This document shows positions 50,628 through 61,240 of a DNA stretch of 64,000 bases, one piece after another. Below the pieces are notes generated by a model. That model was not told where the DNA came from, searched no databases, and saw only the letters and a list, made by a program, of their open reading frames with translations. Every line of letters starts with the position of its first letter. Positions within the stretch are counted from its first letter, which is position 1. The position numbers and the translations under genes are program-made. This stretch comes from an uncultured Gemmatimonadaceae bacterium (lineage in GTDB: Bacteria; Gemmatimonadota; Gemmatimonadetes; Gemmatimonadales; Gemmatimonadaceae): positions 608,001 to 672,000 of the forward strand of contig CAVUDW010000002.1 of assembly GCA_963740355.1 (NCBI GenBank), in the 5' to 3' direction.

Positions 50628-51601
50628 TGCAAGTCTCCGTCGTCATCCCGGCCTACAACGCCGCGAACTTCATCGCGGCCACGATTGCGAGCGCGCAGGC
50701 GCAGACCCTGGCCCCGATCGAGATCATCGTGGTGGATGACGGCTCGGTGGATGACACGGCGCGCGTCGCGCGTGCGCTGGGGTGTGTCGTCATTCGACAG
50801 GCGAACGGCGGAGTCTGCGCAGCCCGCAACGCGGGAATCCTCGCTGCGCGTGGGGAGTGGATCGCGCTGCTGGATCATGACGACATCTGGGCACCGAGGA
50901 AGCTGGAGCGGCAGGCCGATGCGGCAGCGCTCTGTCCGGACGTGACCTTCTTCGCGACGGATTTCCTGCGGATGCGCGCTGGCGACACGCCGGCAGTCTC
51001 CTGTCTCGCCGACCCGAAATATCAGTTCGATGCGATCACTTCGACGCAGGTCAGCGACACGATCGTGCGCTGTGAGCATGCGGGTGAAGAGATCCTGCGG
51101 GCGGGCTGGTTCCTGTTCCCCAGCTCCGTGCTGGTCCGCCGCGACGTCGTGATCGCTGCCGGGTTGTTTCGCCCGCAGCAGCGCTTGTGCGAGGATGTGG
51201 ACTGTTTTCTGCGCGTGTTGCGGCGGACGCCGCTGGCGATTGTTCGCGAACCACTCTGGCAGTGGCGCGAGCACGCCAGCAATGCATCACGCGACGCGGT
51301 CGGCATTGCCGAGGGCTGGTTGCGGCTGGGGCAGTTCGTTCGCAACGAGCCTGAGATGTATCCAGACGGTACGTTGGCGCACCTGCAGCCGACACTCCGA
51401 GCGGTGCGGCGCGACCTCGTGGCCGAGTACACCTCGCGCGGTGACTTCCGGAGCGCGCGGCGCGTCTCCCGGACTGCGATTGGTGGTCGATTGACACCGA
51501 CCGACGCCGCGTTGGCCGTGGTGGTGGAATTTCCGCCGCCGCTGTGGGCGATACTCCGTCGCGCGCGCAGCGTCTTTCGAGCATTTTCATTCTCAACGTG
51601 A
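50627..51601 (+). CDS. GT2 glycosyltransferase
   Basis: VSVVIPAYN, VDDGS.D, ARNAG, LLDHDD, CEDVD. Confidence 0.9.
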   Translation: MQVSVVIPAYNAANFIAATIASAQAQTLAPIEIIVVDDGSVDDTARVARALGCVVIRQANGGVCAARNAGILAARGEWIALLDHDDIWAPRKLERQADAAALCPDVTFFATDFLRMRAGDTPAVSCLADPKYQFDAITSTQVSDTIVRCEHAGEEILRAGWFLFPSSVLVRRDVVIAAGLFRPQQRLCEDVDCFLRVLRRTPLAIVREPLWQWREHASNASRDAVGIAEGWLRLGQFVRNEPEMYPDGTLAHLQPTLRAVRRDLVAEYTSRGDFRSARRVSRTAIGGRLTPTDAALAVVVEFPPPLWAILRRARSVFRAFSFST

Positions 51602-53160
51602 ACACACCTCCAACGACTGCGCTGCCCTGGTGGCAGGATCGACTTCTGCTGGGTGTCGCCGTCGTGTTCGGAGGCTGGAGCCTGCTCTCCCTCAGCTGGC
51701 CGCTATCTGGCGATGCCGGCGTGTTCGCCTGGATGGCCGATACGGTCTACCGCGGCGGCGCACCCTACGTCGACGCCTGGGACACCAAGGGGCCCGGCGC
51801 ATGGCTGCCATCGCTGATCGTGGAAGCGGTGTTCGGACGCACGGCCTGGGCGATCCGGGTCTTCGACATCTCCATGGTGTTGTCGGCCGTGATTGCGATG
51901 CGTTCCATCGCGCGACGCATCGGCCAGCCAGGAGCAGGGCGGGTGGCGATCGCGCTGTATGCGCTCTGGTATGCCAGCCTCGATTTCTGGCAGAGTGCAC
52001 AACCTGATGGATGGGTTGGGGCGTGGCTCATCACCGCCTGTGCACTGGCCATCACTGGTGGGCCAGTCGCCGTTATCGCGGCAGGGCTCCTGGTTGGCCT
52101 CGCAACACTCGTGAAGCCGTTCTATCTCGGCTACGCGGTGGTGCTCTGGCTGATCGTGGGATCGGCTCGCGACCAGACCGTAGGTCGTCGAGCCCTGAAC
52201 GCTGCCCTCGTCGCACTCGGCATCGCGGCAGCGATCGCGGCGCTGCTGCTCTTCCTCAGGCAGGTCCGCGGCCTCGACGGATTCATCGAGGCGCAGCGCT
52301 GGAATCGCGATGTCTATGCCGGTCTTGGCGATCCGTGGCTCACACGCGTCCCCGCCATCTTCAAGGGCATGCTGTTGATGCCGTGGGGCATCGTCGGCCC
52401 GATTGCGTTGTTCGGGGCGATCCGACCGACGCGTGCGCATCGTCGCACCATCGCCGCGCTGGCGGTGGGCTTTCTCGGTGCGGTGGCAGGCGTGATGCTG
52501 CAGGGAAAGGGATGGGTGTACCATTGGTTGCCGATGCTGCCATTCCTTGCCTTGCTGGCCGACATCGGCTTCGCCGCGCTGCGCAGCGAGACGGCAGGCG
52601 AAATCGCGGGACGTTTCCGCTGGCTGGCGCTCTTGCTGGCGCTGACGGTCGGTGGCATCACGCCACTGCAGCAGTTCTGGCGGTGGTCACGCTCGCGAGT
52701 CTCGACGGAGACGGTGGCCGCGTATGAGAAGCGGGAGTTTCGCTACTACGGCCGCCAGCCTGGTTCGGTGTACTCGATCGTCGATAGCCTGCGCGCGCTG
52801 ACGCCTGTTGATCGTGAGTCGCCAAGCATCTTCGTATGGGCGATGCAGCCCGCGCCTCAGGTGCTGGCCGGGATGCGCATCCCAACGAAGTTCGCCGTGA
52901 TCCGGCCGCTGTTCGACGGGCCGGGATCGGACTTCCGGAAGCTCTATCGCAGCCAGTTCGAGGCCGAGCTGCGCTCGTCGCCACCGCGATGGTGGTTGCA
53001 GCCGACGCCGGAGTTGATGGCGGTCGAGGAAGAGCTACGAAGCCATGACATCGAGACGTACCTCGAAGCGGCGGCTGTGCTGCACGAGCAGTACCGGCTG
53101 GTGACCCAGACGCCGGAGTGGTTGATCTACGAGCGCACGGTGACCGACTCGATTCGCTGA
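51598..53160 (+). CDS. Polytopic GT-C fold (ArnT/PMT-like) glycosyltransferase
   Basis: First loop GDAGVF...APYVDAWDTKGPG; about 11 TM segments; soluble C-terminal domain. Confidence 0.7.
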   Translation: MNTPPTTALPWWQDRLLLGVAVVFGGWSLLSLSWPLSGDAGVFAWMADTVYRGGAPYVDAWDTKGPGAWLPSLIVEAVFGRTAWAIRVFDISMVLSAVIAMRSIARRIGQPGAGRVAIALYALWYASLDFWQSAQPDGWVGAWLITACALAITGGPVAVIAAGLLVGLATLVKPFYLGYAVVLWLIVGSARDQTVGRRALNAALVALGIAAAIAALLLFLRQVRGLDGFIEAQRWNRDVYAGLGDPWLTRVPAIFKGMLLMPWGIVGPIALFGAIRPTRAHRRTIAALAVGFLGAVAGVMLQGKGWVYHWLPMLPFLALLADIGFAALRSETAGEIAGRFRWLALLLALTVGGITPLQQFWRWSRSRVSTETVAAYEKREFRYYGRQPGSVYSIVDSLRALTPVDRESPSIFVWAMQPAPQVLAGMRIPTKFAVIRPLFDGPGSDFRKLYRSQFEAELRSSPPRWWLQPTPELMAVEEELRSHDIETYLEAAAVLHEQYRLVTQTPEWLIYERTVTDSIR

Positions 53161-53807
53161 GCAGTGGCATACGTCGCGCACACCGGTCGCACGGGACAGG
53201 CACCGCAGTGCATGACCCGCGCCGTGCAGACGAGTGCGCCGATTTCCATCAACGCCTGATTGTGGGTCCAGACGGCATCGGGCTTCATCGGTAGCGAACG
53301 CTCGGCGAGTTCCCAGAGCGCATTCTCGGTGGAGGCCACCTTGCGCTTCGCCTTCGGCAGGAAGACTCGCTGCAGCACCCGTGCGACATTGGTGTCGACC
53401 AGCGGGGCCCGTCGGCCATAGGCGAAACTCGAGACCGCGCCCGCGGTGTAGCGGCCAATGCCCGGCAGCGCGTTCAGGGCCGCCGCGTCGGAAGGCAACG
53501 TGGCATCGATGTCTGCGCCGTCGCGCGTGATCAGTCGAGCGGTGCGGTGCAGGTTGCGTGCGCGGGCGTAGTAGCCAAGGCCTTCCCACGCCTCTTCCAC
53601 CTGCGTGGTCTCCGCCATCGCAATGGTGTGCAGGGTGGGGAACTGCGCCAGGAACTGGTGCCAGCGCGGCACCACACGCAGCACCTGCGTCTGCTGCAGC
53701 ATCAATTCCGACACGAGGATCGCGTACGGGTCGCGCGTCCGTCGCCATGGCAGGTCGCGGGCGTTGCGCTTGTACCAGGCGCGGAGCAGACGTCCAAACC
53801 GCCGCAA
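53127..53807 (-). CDS. mutY: Short MutY-like A/G-specific adenine glycosylase (start may lie ~60 nt further upstream)
   Basis: RDLPWR, DPYAILVSELMLQQTQV, WEGLGYYARARNL, LPGIGRYTA, VDTNV, C-X6-C-X2-C-X5-C. Confidence 0.85.
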   Translation of the reverse strand: MRRFGRLLRAWYKRNARDLPWRRTRDPYAILVSELMLQQTQVLRVVPRWHQFLAQFPTLHTIAMAETTQVEEAWEGLGYYARARNLHRTARLITRDGADIDATLPSDAAALNALPGIGRYTAGAVSSFAYGRRAPLVDTNVARVLQRVFLPKAKRKVASTENALWELAERSLPMKPDAVWTHNQALMEIGALVCTARVMHCGACPVRPVCATYATAQRIESVTVRS

Positions 53808-53869
53808 CGCGTCATCACTGACGCGCGCGGCGGGGGATTTCTTTCGGGGACGCTTCTTCGCTGGCAGGG

Positions 53870-55150
53870 TCAGGAAACCCGTTTCGTCTTCTTGCGCAGG
53901 AAATCCATCAACACGAACTGCCCAAGGCTCATCGTGTTGGTGAAGTACGCCTTGCCGCGCGAGATCCCGGAGACACGCTTCACGAATTCCACCAGCGCGT
54001 AGTCCCGCGCCAGCATGAAGGTGTTGATCGTGATCCCGGAACGCCGGCAGTCCGCCACTTCCTTCAGCGTCTGGCCAATGACGTTCATGTCGAGGCCCAT
54101 GCTGTTCTTGTAGATCTGCCCGTCGGGCATCGTCAACGCGCTCGGCTTGCCGTCGGTGATCATCACGATCTGCCGCATATCCTTCTTCTGCGACATCAGG
54201 ATGCGGCGTGCGAGCTTCAGCCCTTCGGCGGTGTTCGTGTGGTACGGGCCCACCTGCGCCCCGGCCAGTGCGGCGAGCGGGATCTCCTCGGCACTGTCAT
54301 GGAACAGCACGACGCGAATCGTGTCGCCCGGAAACTGCGTCCGGATCAGGTGCGTGAGCGCGAGTGCGACCTTCTTTGCCGGCGTGAAGCGATCCTCGCC
54401 GTACAGGATCATCGAGTGCGACGTGTCCAGCATGAGGACCGTCGCACAGCTCGAGCGATACTCCGACTGTCGCACCATCAGGTCGCTGTACTCGAGATCC
54501 ATCGGCACGTCGAGCGAGCCGGTGCGGAGCATCGAGTTCTTCAGCGTCTCGTTGACGTCGAGGTTCAACACGTCGCCGAACTCGTACGGCCGGCTCCACG
54601 CATCCGACTCGATGCCGGTGGCGAGGTACGGCGTATCATGGCTGCCGAAGGTGCTCTTGCCGAACGAGCCGAGGATGTTGCGCAGCGACTTGTAGCCGAG
54701 GAAGTCGATGCCCTTCTGCGACAGGTTGAACTGCACATCCTTGCTGGCCGCGTGTGCAAGACCGCCCTTGCCGGTGACCGGCTGGTGCGAATCAGCCATC
54801 TGCGGTGGCAGGTTCGTGTTGATGAACCCATCGGCGATCAGGCGCTGGACGACCTGGTCGAGCAGGTCGCTCAGCTTCTGCTGCGAATCCTCGTCACCAT
54901 CCCCGCGCAGCGCCTCGAGCATCTCGGGCGTGAACTGCCCACTCTCGATCAGCGCGTTGAGGATCGCCTCCTTCAGCGCGTCGAGCGACTTGTCGGCGGG
55001 ATCTTCGTTGCTGCCCCAGTAGGGGTTGTAGCCGCCCGACTCCGCGAATCCACTCTGGAGGAGAAAATCCGACAGCCCATCCAGCAGTGCCTGAAGATCG
55101 ACGGCATCCGCCAACTCAGGGTTGTACTTCGTGTAGGTGTGGAACTTCAT
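53870..55150 (-). CDS. VWA domain protein
   Basis: MIDAS motif DTSHS, TNT, ITDGKP; YEFGD and LMV...E upstream. Confidence 0.88.
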   Translation of the reverse strand: MKFHTYTKYNPELADAVDLQALLDGLSDFLLQSGFAESGGYNPYWGSNEDPADKSLDALKEAILNALIESGQFTPEMLEALRGDGDEDSQQKLSDLLDQVVQRLIADGFINTNLPPQMADSHQPVTGKGGLAHAASKDVQFNLSQKGIDFLGYKSLRNILGSFGKSTFGSHDTPYLATGIESDAWSRPYEFGDVLNLDVNETLKNSMLRTGSLDVPMDLEYSDLMVRQSEYRSSCATVLMLDTSHSMILYGEDRFTPAKKVALALTHLIRTQFPGDTIRVVLFHDSAEEIPLAALAGAQVGPYHTNTAEGLKLARRILMSQKKDMRQIVMITDGKPSALTMPDGQIYKNSMGLDMNVIGQTLKEVADCRRSGITINTFMLARDYALVEFVKRVSGISRGKAYFTNTMSLGQFVLMDFLRKKTKRVS

Positions 55151-55323
55151 GCTCCCTCCAGCGACAGCGACCGGGCGCGCGAGATGCGCGCACTCTTCAA
55201 ACTAACGCGTCCGGGGCCGACACTCGTGCCCATGGGAACCGTGCCGTTACTGGCGCGATGGCGCGCCAAACTGCGTCGCGGCGGCTAATTTCCCTCGCTC
55301 AACCCCACTCTGCCCCATCCGTC

Positions 55324-56400
55324 ATGTCTCTCGTCATTCCCTCCCGCGCCGTCCCGATCACGGGTCGTCCGATCCGCTTCGGCCTGGTTGGCTGCGGCCG
55401 TATTTCGGCGAACCACATCGGGGCCATCAAGGCGCACCACGAACGCGCCGAGCTGGTGGCGGTGTGTGACGTGAATCCCGAACGGCTGAAGGCGGCGGCA
55501 GCGGAGACGGGGGCGGCGGCCTACGACTCGATCGAGGGGTTGCTGGCGCACGAACCGGCGGTCGACGCGGTCATTCTCGCCACGCCGAGCGGCATTCATG
55601 CCACGCAGGCCATCGCCGTGGCGAAGGCGGGCCGACATGTCGTGACCGAAAAGCCGATGGCCACGCGCTGGCAGGATGGCAAGGCGATGGTCTCCGCCTG
55701 CGACGCCGCCGGGGTGCACCTCTTCGTGGTCAAGCAGAATCGCCGAAACCCGACGCTGCAGCTGGTGAAGCGTGCGATGCAGAAGCACCGGTTCGGCAAG
55801 GTCTACATGGTGAACGTGAACGTCTTCTGGAGCCGACCACAGAGCTACTACGACAGTGCCGCGTGGCGGGGCACCTGGGAGTTCGACGGCGGGGCCTTCA
55901 TGAACCAGGCCAGCCACTATGTCGACCTGCTCGACTGGCTGATCGGCCCCGTGGAAAGTGTGCAGGCGTACACCGCCACCCTCGCCCGCAACATTCAGGT
56001 CGAGGACACCGGCGTGCTCTCGATTCGCTGGCGCACAGGGGCGCTCGGTTCGATGAACGTCACCATGCTCACCTACCCGAAGAATCTCGAAGGGTCGATC
56101 ACGATCCTCGGCGAGAAGGGCACCGTGCGCCTCGGTGGCGTGGCCGTGAACAAGATCGAGCACTGGGAGTTCGAGGACAGCGATCCGGACGACGAACTGG
56201 TGGCCAAGGCGAGCTATGATACGACGTCGGTCTACGGCTTTGGGCATCCGCTCTACTACGACAATGTGATCGGCGCGCTGCGTGGTGACGCGGAGCCTGA
56301 GACCGACGGTCGCGAAGGGCTGCACTCGCTGGAGCTGCTGATCGCGACGTACCTCAGCGCTCGCGATGGCAAGCGAGTCGCGCTGCCGCTGGAGTACTGA
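55324..56400 (+). CDS. Gfo/Idh/MocA oxidoreductase, WbpB/WlbA-like UDP-GlcNAcA 3-dehydrogenase
   Basis: [47 protein letters not shown]. Confidence 0.88.
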   Translation: MSLVIPSRAVPITGRPIRFGLVGCGRISANHIGAIKAHHERAELVAVCDVNPERLKAAAAETGAAAYDSIEGLLAHEPAVDAVILATPSGIHATQAIAVAKAGRHVVTEKPMATRWQDGKAMVSACDAAGVHLFVVKQNRRNPTLQLVKRAMQKHRFGKVYMVNVNVFWSRPQSYYDSAAWRGTWEFDGGAFMNQASHYVDLLDWLIGPVESVQAYTATLARNIQVEDTGVLSIRWRTGALGSMNVTMLTYPKNLEGSITILGEKGTVRLGGVAVNKIEHWEFEDSDPDDELVAKASYDTTSVYGFGHPLYYDNVIGALRGDAEPETDGREGLHSLELLIATYLSARDGKRVALPLEY

Positions 56401-56401
56401 G

Positions 56402-56980
56402 ATGGCGGTGACGATTCACCCGACGGCCATCGTCGACGACGGTGCCGTGATCGGTGACGGGTCGCGCGTCTGGCACTGGGTGCACATCAGTGCTGGTGCT
56501 CGGATCGGCGAACGGTGCTCATTCGGGCAGAACGTGTTCGTGGGCAATCGCGTGGTCATCGGCGACAACTGCAAGGTGCAGAACAACGTCTCCATCTATG
56601 ACAACGTGACGCTCGAGGCGGACGTCTTCTGCGGACCCAGCATGGTGTTCACCAATGTCTACAACCCGCGGTCGGCCGTTTCGCGCAAGGACGAGTACCG
56701 CGATACGCTGATTCGGCGAGGGGCCACGCTTGGCGCGAATTGCACCATCGTGTGCGGCGTGACGGTGGGAGCATTCGCGTTCGTCGGTGCTGGCGCGGTG
56801 GTCAATCACGACGTGCCGCCGTACGCGCTGATGGTCGGTGTGCCGGCGCGACAGATCGGCTGGATGAGCGAACATGGTGAGCGGCTGGCCCTTCCCCTCG
56901 CCGGTGACGGCGAGGCGGATGATCCGGTGACCGGCCAGCGCTATTCGCTACGGGCGGGAATCGTCTCCAGAGTCGACTGA
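56402..56980 (+). CDS. Hexapeptide N-acetyltransferase, WbpD/WlbB-like
   Basis: [42 protein letters not shown]. Confidence 0.9.
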   Translation: MAVTIHPTAIVDDGAVIGDGSRVWHWVHISAGARIGERCSFGQNVFVGNRVVIGDNCKVQNNVSIYDNVTLEADVFCGPSMVFTNVYNPRSAVSRKDEYRDTLIRRGATLGANCTIVCGVTVGAFAFVGAGAVVNHDVPPYALMVGVPARQIGWMSEHGERLALPLAGDGEADDPVTGQRYSLRAGIVSRVD

Positions 56981-59436
56981 TCATCGGCGCCCGAGTGCAC
57001 GTCCGATGCGATCTCACCGGCCACCGGCATGTACACCGAGACGGCGGTGCCAACCTCGGCTTCGCTATCGACGCCGATGACCCAGCCATGCTGCACGGCG
57101 ATTCCGTGCGCCGCGGCCAGCGCCAACCCGACGCCACGGCCTTCCGCACGCTTGGTCGACCAGAACGGCTCGAACATCTGACGCTGGGCCTCGGTCGACA
57201 TGCCGGTCCCGGTGTCGGCAATTGTCAGTACGATGTATTGCCCTGGCGGCGCGGCGTACGGAACGTCGGGCTCCTCCTCTGGAATCTCGACGAACGTCGT
57301 CGCGAGGGTGAGGGTCCCACCGGCTGGCATCGCGTCACGGGCATTGGAGATCAGAGCGATCACGATCTGGTTCAACAGGAACGGATCCGCGACGACCTGT
57401 GCCGGCGAGACATTGTACAGCACGTCGAGTTCCACGTCGCGGCCGAGCGTGCCGGCCATCGCCTGCACGGCTTCGGTGAGCGTTTCATTGGCGTCGATCA
57501 CGGAGAGCTGGAGCGCATCGCGCCGTGCGAATGACTGCACCTGTCGGGTGAGCGCGAGACCACGCGCCGCCAGTTCGCGGATCCGTTCGATCGCGATCGC
57601 ACGCATGTCGGGATCGTCGTGGCTGTCGATTGCGAGCTGCGTGAAGCCATCGAGCCCCTGCATGACGTCGGCATAGTCGTCGGCGATGTGCGCCGCGAAC
57701 GCGATCACGGGCGACAAATCGGGTGACTCTGTCGGCGTGGTGTTCGAGTTCGCCGGCGGCAGCGCATTGGGTGCCGCGCCATTCGTTGCGACGGTGGTCT
57801 CCTGCTCGACCGGCAGCTCCGGCAGCGCAGGCGGCGCCTCACCGTTCAACGGGCCGTGCCTGGTCTCTTGCGCCGGCACGGGTTCCGGGTCGAAATGCCA
57901 ACGCGGTGGTGCCTCGACCGGTGTCGTCACATCGACTGCCTCTTCTGGCAGCAGGAAGACTGTGACGATTCGCAGCGCATCGCGCGCGTTGGTGGAAAAC
58001 GCCACCGTCACCAGGCACTTGTGCGTCTCGCCGGACAGCGTGCGGATCATCGCGCGGGTGTTCCGAACGATCGGAAAGACCTCATCGAGATCCGACTCGC
58101 GCGGCTCCAGCAACTCAGCACCTGCCTCGTCCAGTAGTTCGCTGTCGCGCTGACCGATCAACGCGCCAACCGGGATACCGAACAGGCGCGAGGCAGCCAC
58201 ATTCGCCTGCTGAATGCGTCCGCTGCCAATGCCCTCGTGTGACGCATCTGCGATCCAGGTTGGGATCGGCGACGATTCGAAAACCTGCGAAAGGCGGCGC
58301 ACTTCGTCCTGCAGCGACTTGCGGCGCTTTTCCATATCCGCAGCCAGCGCGTTCATGGCGGTGCCCAGGACACCGAGTTCGCCGCCACGCTGCGACACGC
58401 TGGTTCGATGTGACAGGGCGCCCGCAGCCAGTCGCTTGGTGTCGGCCACAAGTAGCTGCAGCGGGGCGCTGAAGGCTCGGGATGCGAGCACGACACCGAC
58501 CACGGCGATCGCCAGCGCAAGCACGGATAGCATCAGCACATCGCGGAATCGCTGCTCAGGCACCGCCGCAAGACTGGACTTTGGTACACCGACATACACG
58601 CGCCACGGCAACCGTTTCAGCGTCGCGAATCCGAAGGCGCGTGCGACCTGATCCTTGCCCTTCAATTCGACGACACCTTCGCGAACGGCGCTGGTGGCAA
58701 GAAGCGTCGAGTCGCCGATCTCCGACTCGATCCATCGCTCAGGTACGCGTGGGCGTCCGAGCAGGCCACCGCCACCACCCATGAGCACGGCGATGCCGCC
58801 GTCCGGAAGCGTGTCGCTACCAAGCAGGGACTGAATTGCCCGGTCAGAGAGCACCGCAACCAGCGCGCCTGGCGTGTCCGCGAGGCAATCGCACCGCGTG
58901 GAACTCCGCGTGATCGGGCGAACGATGATCATCGCAATCGAATCGCCGTCCTCGCGCGTGTTGCCTTCGTCCACGAACGTTGACGACGAGGTGTTGTCAC
59001 TTCGCTTTTGGCGCGCGATGCTGATTGCGCTGGCGACCAGCGAGGTGCGTCGAATGGCAGGGAGCCGATCGACGCGTTCCTCACCGCCCATCAACAGGCT
59101 CGTACGCTGACCCGACGTGTCGAGGACCGCGATGGTGAGTGTCGACGACAGTGGACTTGGCTCGGCGTCGATGTTCGTGACTGCTCGGGCCGCCTTGCCC
59201 GGTCGACGGACCTGCACCATCGCAGAGTCCAGCAATTGATCGACGACGAGTAGTCGTGCGTCCATGCTCTGCGCAGTTGCGCGTGCACGCTCGAGGCTCT
59301 GTCCGCTCAGTGTCGAGCCCGCAATTCCCTTCTCACGTTCTGCCGAGAGTGCCGCGTAGAGCAGGAACGGTGCGATCGCAGCTGCGACCACGACCATCAG
59401 TCGACTGCGGAGACTGGCGAGTGGAGAGAGGGTCAC
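56941..59436 (-). CDS. Membrane sensor kinase-like protein (Cache-like, HAMP, PAS, degenerate HisKA, HATPase)
   Basis: Two TM helices, WRVYV, PL..L...[35 protein letters not shown]. Confidence 0.85.
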   Translation of the reverse strand: MTLSPLASLRSRLMVVVAAAIAPFLLYAALSAEREKGIAGSTLSGQSLERARATAQSMDARLLVVDQLLDSAMVQVRRPGKAARAVTNIDAEPSPLSSTLTIAVLDTSGQRTSLLMGGEERVDRLPAIRRTSLVASAISIARQKRSDNTSSSTFVDEGNTREDGDSIAMIIVRPITRSSTRCDCLADTPGALVAVLSDRAIQSLLGSDTLPDGGIAVLMGGGGGLLGRPRVPERWIESEIGDSTLLATSAVREGVVELKGKDQVARAFGFATLKRLPWRVYVGVPKSSLAAVPEQRFRDVLMLSVLALAIAVVGVVLASRAFSAPLQLLVADTKRLAAGALSHRTSVSQRGGELGVLGTAMNALAADMEKRRKSLQDEVRRLSQVFESSPIPTWIADASHEGIGSGRIQQANVAASRLFGIPVGALIGQRDSELLDEAGAELLEPRESDLDEVFPIVRNTRAMIRTLSGETHKCLVTVAFSTNARDALRIVTVFLLPEEAVDVTTPVEAPPRWHFDPEPVPAQETRHGPLNGEAPPALPELPVEQETTVATNGAAPNALPPANSNTTPTESPDLSPVIAFAAHIADDYADVMQGLDGFTQLAIDSHDDPDMRAIAIERIRELAARGLALTRQVQSFARRDALQLSVIDANETLTEAVQAMAGTLGRDVELDVLYNVSPAQVVADPFLLNQIVIALISNARDAMPAGGTLTLATTFVEIPEEEPDVPYAAPPGQYIVLTIADTGTGMSTEAQRQMFEPFWSTKRAEGRGVGLALAAAHGIAVQHGWVIGVDSEAEVGTAVSVYMPVAGEIASDVHSGADDQSTLETIPARSE

Positions 59437-59629
59437 GTGGCTGTACCGGGCTCTGGGCTACGTGAAGGGGCGAAACGCGGACTCTGCCCTCTAACCATAG
59501 CACCAGTCACCGAGAGGTACAGAGTCTTGTCGAGCCCGGTACCATGCGGGTTTGGGGAATAAACAAACGTCTGCCCGGACCGGAGTCCGGAACAGACGTT
59601 TTGACCTGCAGACTGGCCGAGCGAAGGGG

Positions 59630-61081
59630 CTAGAAATCGTCGCTCGGACGGCGGCGCTTCTCGGGCACGGCACGGCCATACTGGCCGGCGTCGCTTCGGC
59701 TGATCTTCTTCCGGGCGACCAGCGCTTCGAGCACCAGTTCGCAGGCTGCGGCCGTGGTGCCGTGGTCGGCCATGTCGGACAACCGGAGCGCGCGGACGAT
59801 GTTGAGCAGCGAGGGCACAGTCTCGAACGCCTTCACCATGGTGCTGGCGGAAACGTCGTCACCAACCTGGAGCGCACCACCTTCGTCGAACCAGATGACG
59901 ATGTCATCGCTCGAGAAATCGCGTCCGACGCTGGAGAGTGTTGCGTCGGCTGCACGGCGGATCAGTTCGCGCGCGATCTTTTCGCCGCCAACCAATTCGC
60001 CTTCGTACTCGAGCTCGATCTTGCCGGTGATGGCAGGCAGGGCCGAGTAGACATCGCTCATGCGCGGTACGGCAACGTCTTCCTTCGTCTGCAACGCGCG
60101 GCGTTCCGCATTGGAGACGACGTTCTCGAGCACCGAGATCGGCATGCGCTGCGAGACGCCGCTACGGCGATCGATTCGCTTGTCATCGCGCGCCTCGAAC
60201 GCAATGCGCTCGACCACCTCGGACATGAACGATGGCACGTGAATCTTGACCGACTCGCGCGAGATCCAGGCTTCCTGCTTCGTGATCGACACGCCGAGAT
60301 CGACGGTGAGCGGGTAGTGCGTCACGATTTCGCTGCCGATGCGGTCCTTCAGTGGCGTGATGATCTTGCCGCGCGCCGTGTAGTCTTCCGGATTGGCGGT
60401 GAAGCAGAGCATGACGTCGAGCGGCAGGCGCACGGGGAAGCCTTTGATCTGGACGTCGCCTTCCTGCATGATGTTGAACAGGCCGACCTGCACCTTGCCC
60501 GAGAGGTCGGGCAGCTCGTTGAGCGCAAAGATGCCACGATTGGCGCGCGGGAGCATGCCGAACTGGATGGTGAGCTCGTCACTCAGCATGTGCCCACCGC
60601 GCGCCGCGCGGATCGGGTCGACGTCGCCGATGATGTCGGCGATGGTCACGTCCGGCGTTGCGAGCTTTTCGATATATCGCTCGTCGCGGTGCACCCATGC
60701 GATCGGCGTATCGTCGCCACCTTCGGTGAGGCGCGTCTTGGCGTACTTCGAGATCGGTGCGAACGGGCTGTCGTTGATCTCGCTTCCGGCCACGATCGGC
60801 ATTTCGTCATCGAGAAGCGCTGTCAACGCGCGAAGAATCCGGCTCTTGGCCTGACCACGCAGGCCAAGGAGGATGAAGTTGTGCCGGCTGAGCAGCGCAT
60901 TGACGAGCTGCGGCAGCACGGTTTCCTCGTAGCCGAGGACCCCAGGCAAGAGCGTTCCGCCGGCGCGCAGCCGTTCGAGCAGGTTGGCGCGGATTTCGTC
61001 CTTGACGGACCGCTTGGCACGAGTGGGCTCACCCCAGGTCGAGCGCTTGAGCGCGCCAAGGGTGCTGGGCAACTGGGACAC
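59630..61081 (-). CDS. MoxR / Mg-chelatase-like AAA+ ATPase
   Basis: GLRGQAKS, EKLATPD, PRANRGIFALNELPDL, TANPEDYT.RG.IITPLKDR. Confidence 0.9.
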   Translation of the reverse strand: MSQLPSTLGALKRSTWGEPTRAKRSVKDEIRANLLERLRAGGTLLPGVLGYEETVLPQLVNALLSRHNFILLGLRGQAKSRILRALTALLDDEMPIVAGSEINDSPFAPISKYAKTRLTEGGDDTPIAWVHRDERYIEKLATPDVTIADIIGDVDPIRAARGGHMLSDELTIQFGMLPRANRGIFALNELPDLSGKVQVGLFNIMQEGDVQIKGFPVRLPLDVMLCFTANPEDYTARGKIITPLKDRIGSEIVTHYPLTVDLGVSITKQEAWISRESVKIHVPSFMSEVVERIAFEARDDKRIDRRSGVSQRMPISVLENVVSNAERRALQTKEDVAVPRMSDVYSALPAITGKIELEYEGELVGGEKIARELIRRAADATLSSVGRDFSSDDIVIWFDEGGALQVGDDVSASTMVKAFETVPSLLNIVRALRLSDMADHGTTAAACELVLEALVARKKISRSDAGQYGRAVPEKRRRPSDDF

Positions 61082-61240
61082 GAAGAACTCCGAAATTCAG
61101 AATGAAACAACTGGTCTGCAGCTAACGCCTCGGGCCGCCACGATCGTTTCCGCTCCCCGGGCTGCTGTCAAAGAGTAGCCATCCCAGCAATCCTCTTCAG
61201 CGAACGCAACCCAGGGCTGCTGCTGTTGAGTGCCAGGGGC

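Noticed and set aside
59630..61081. Magnesium chelatase of a photosynthesis gene cluster
   Set aside because: No bch genes are present, and the motifs fit the generic AAA+ family that partners VWA proteins.
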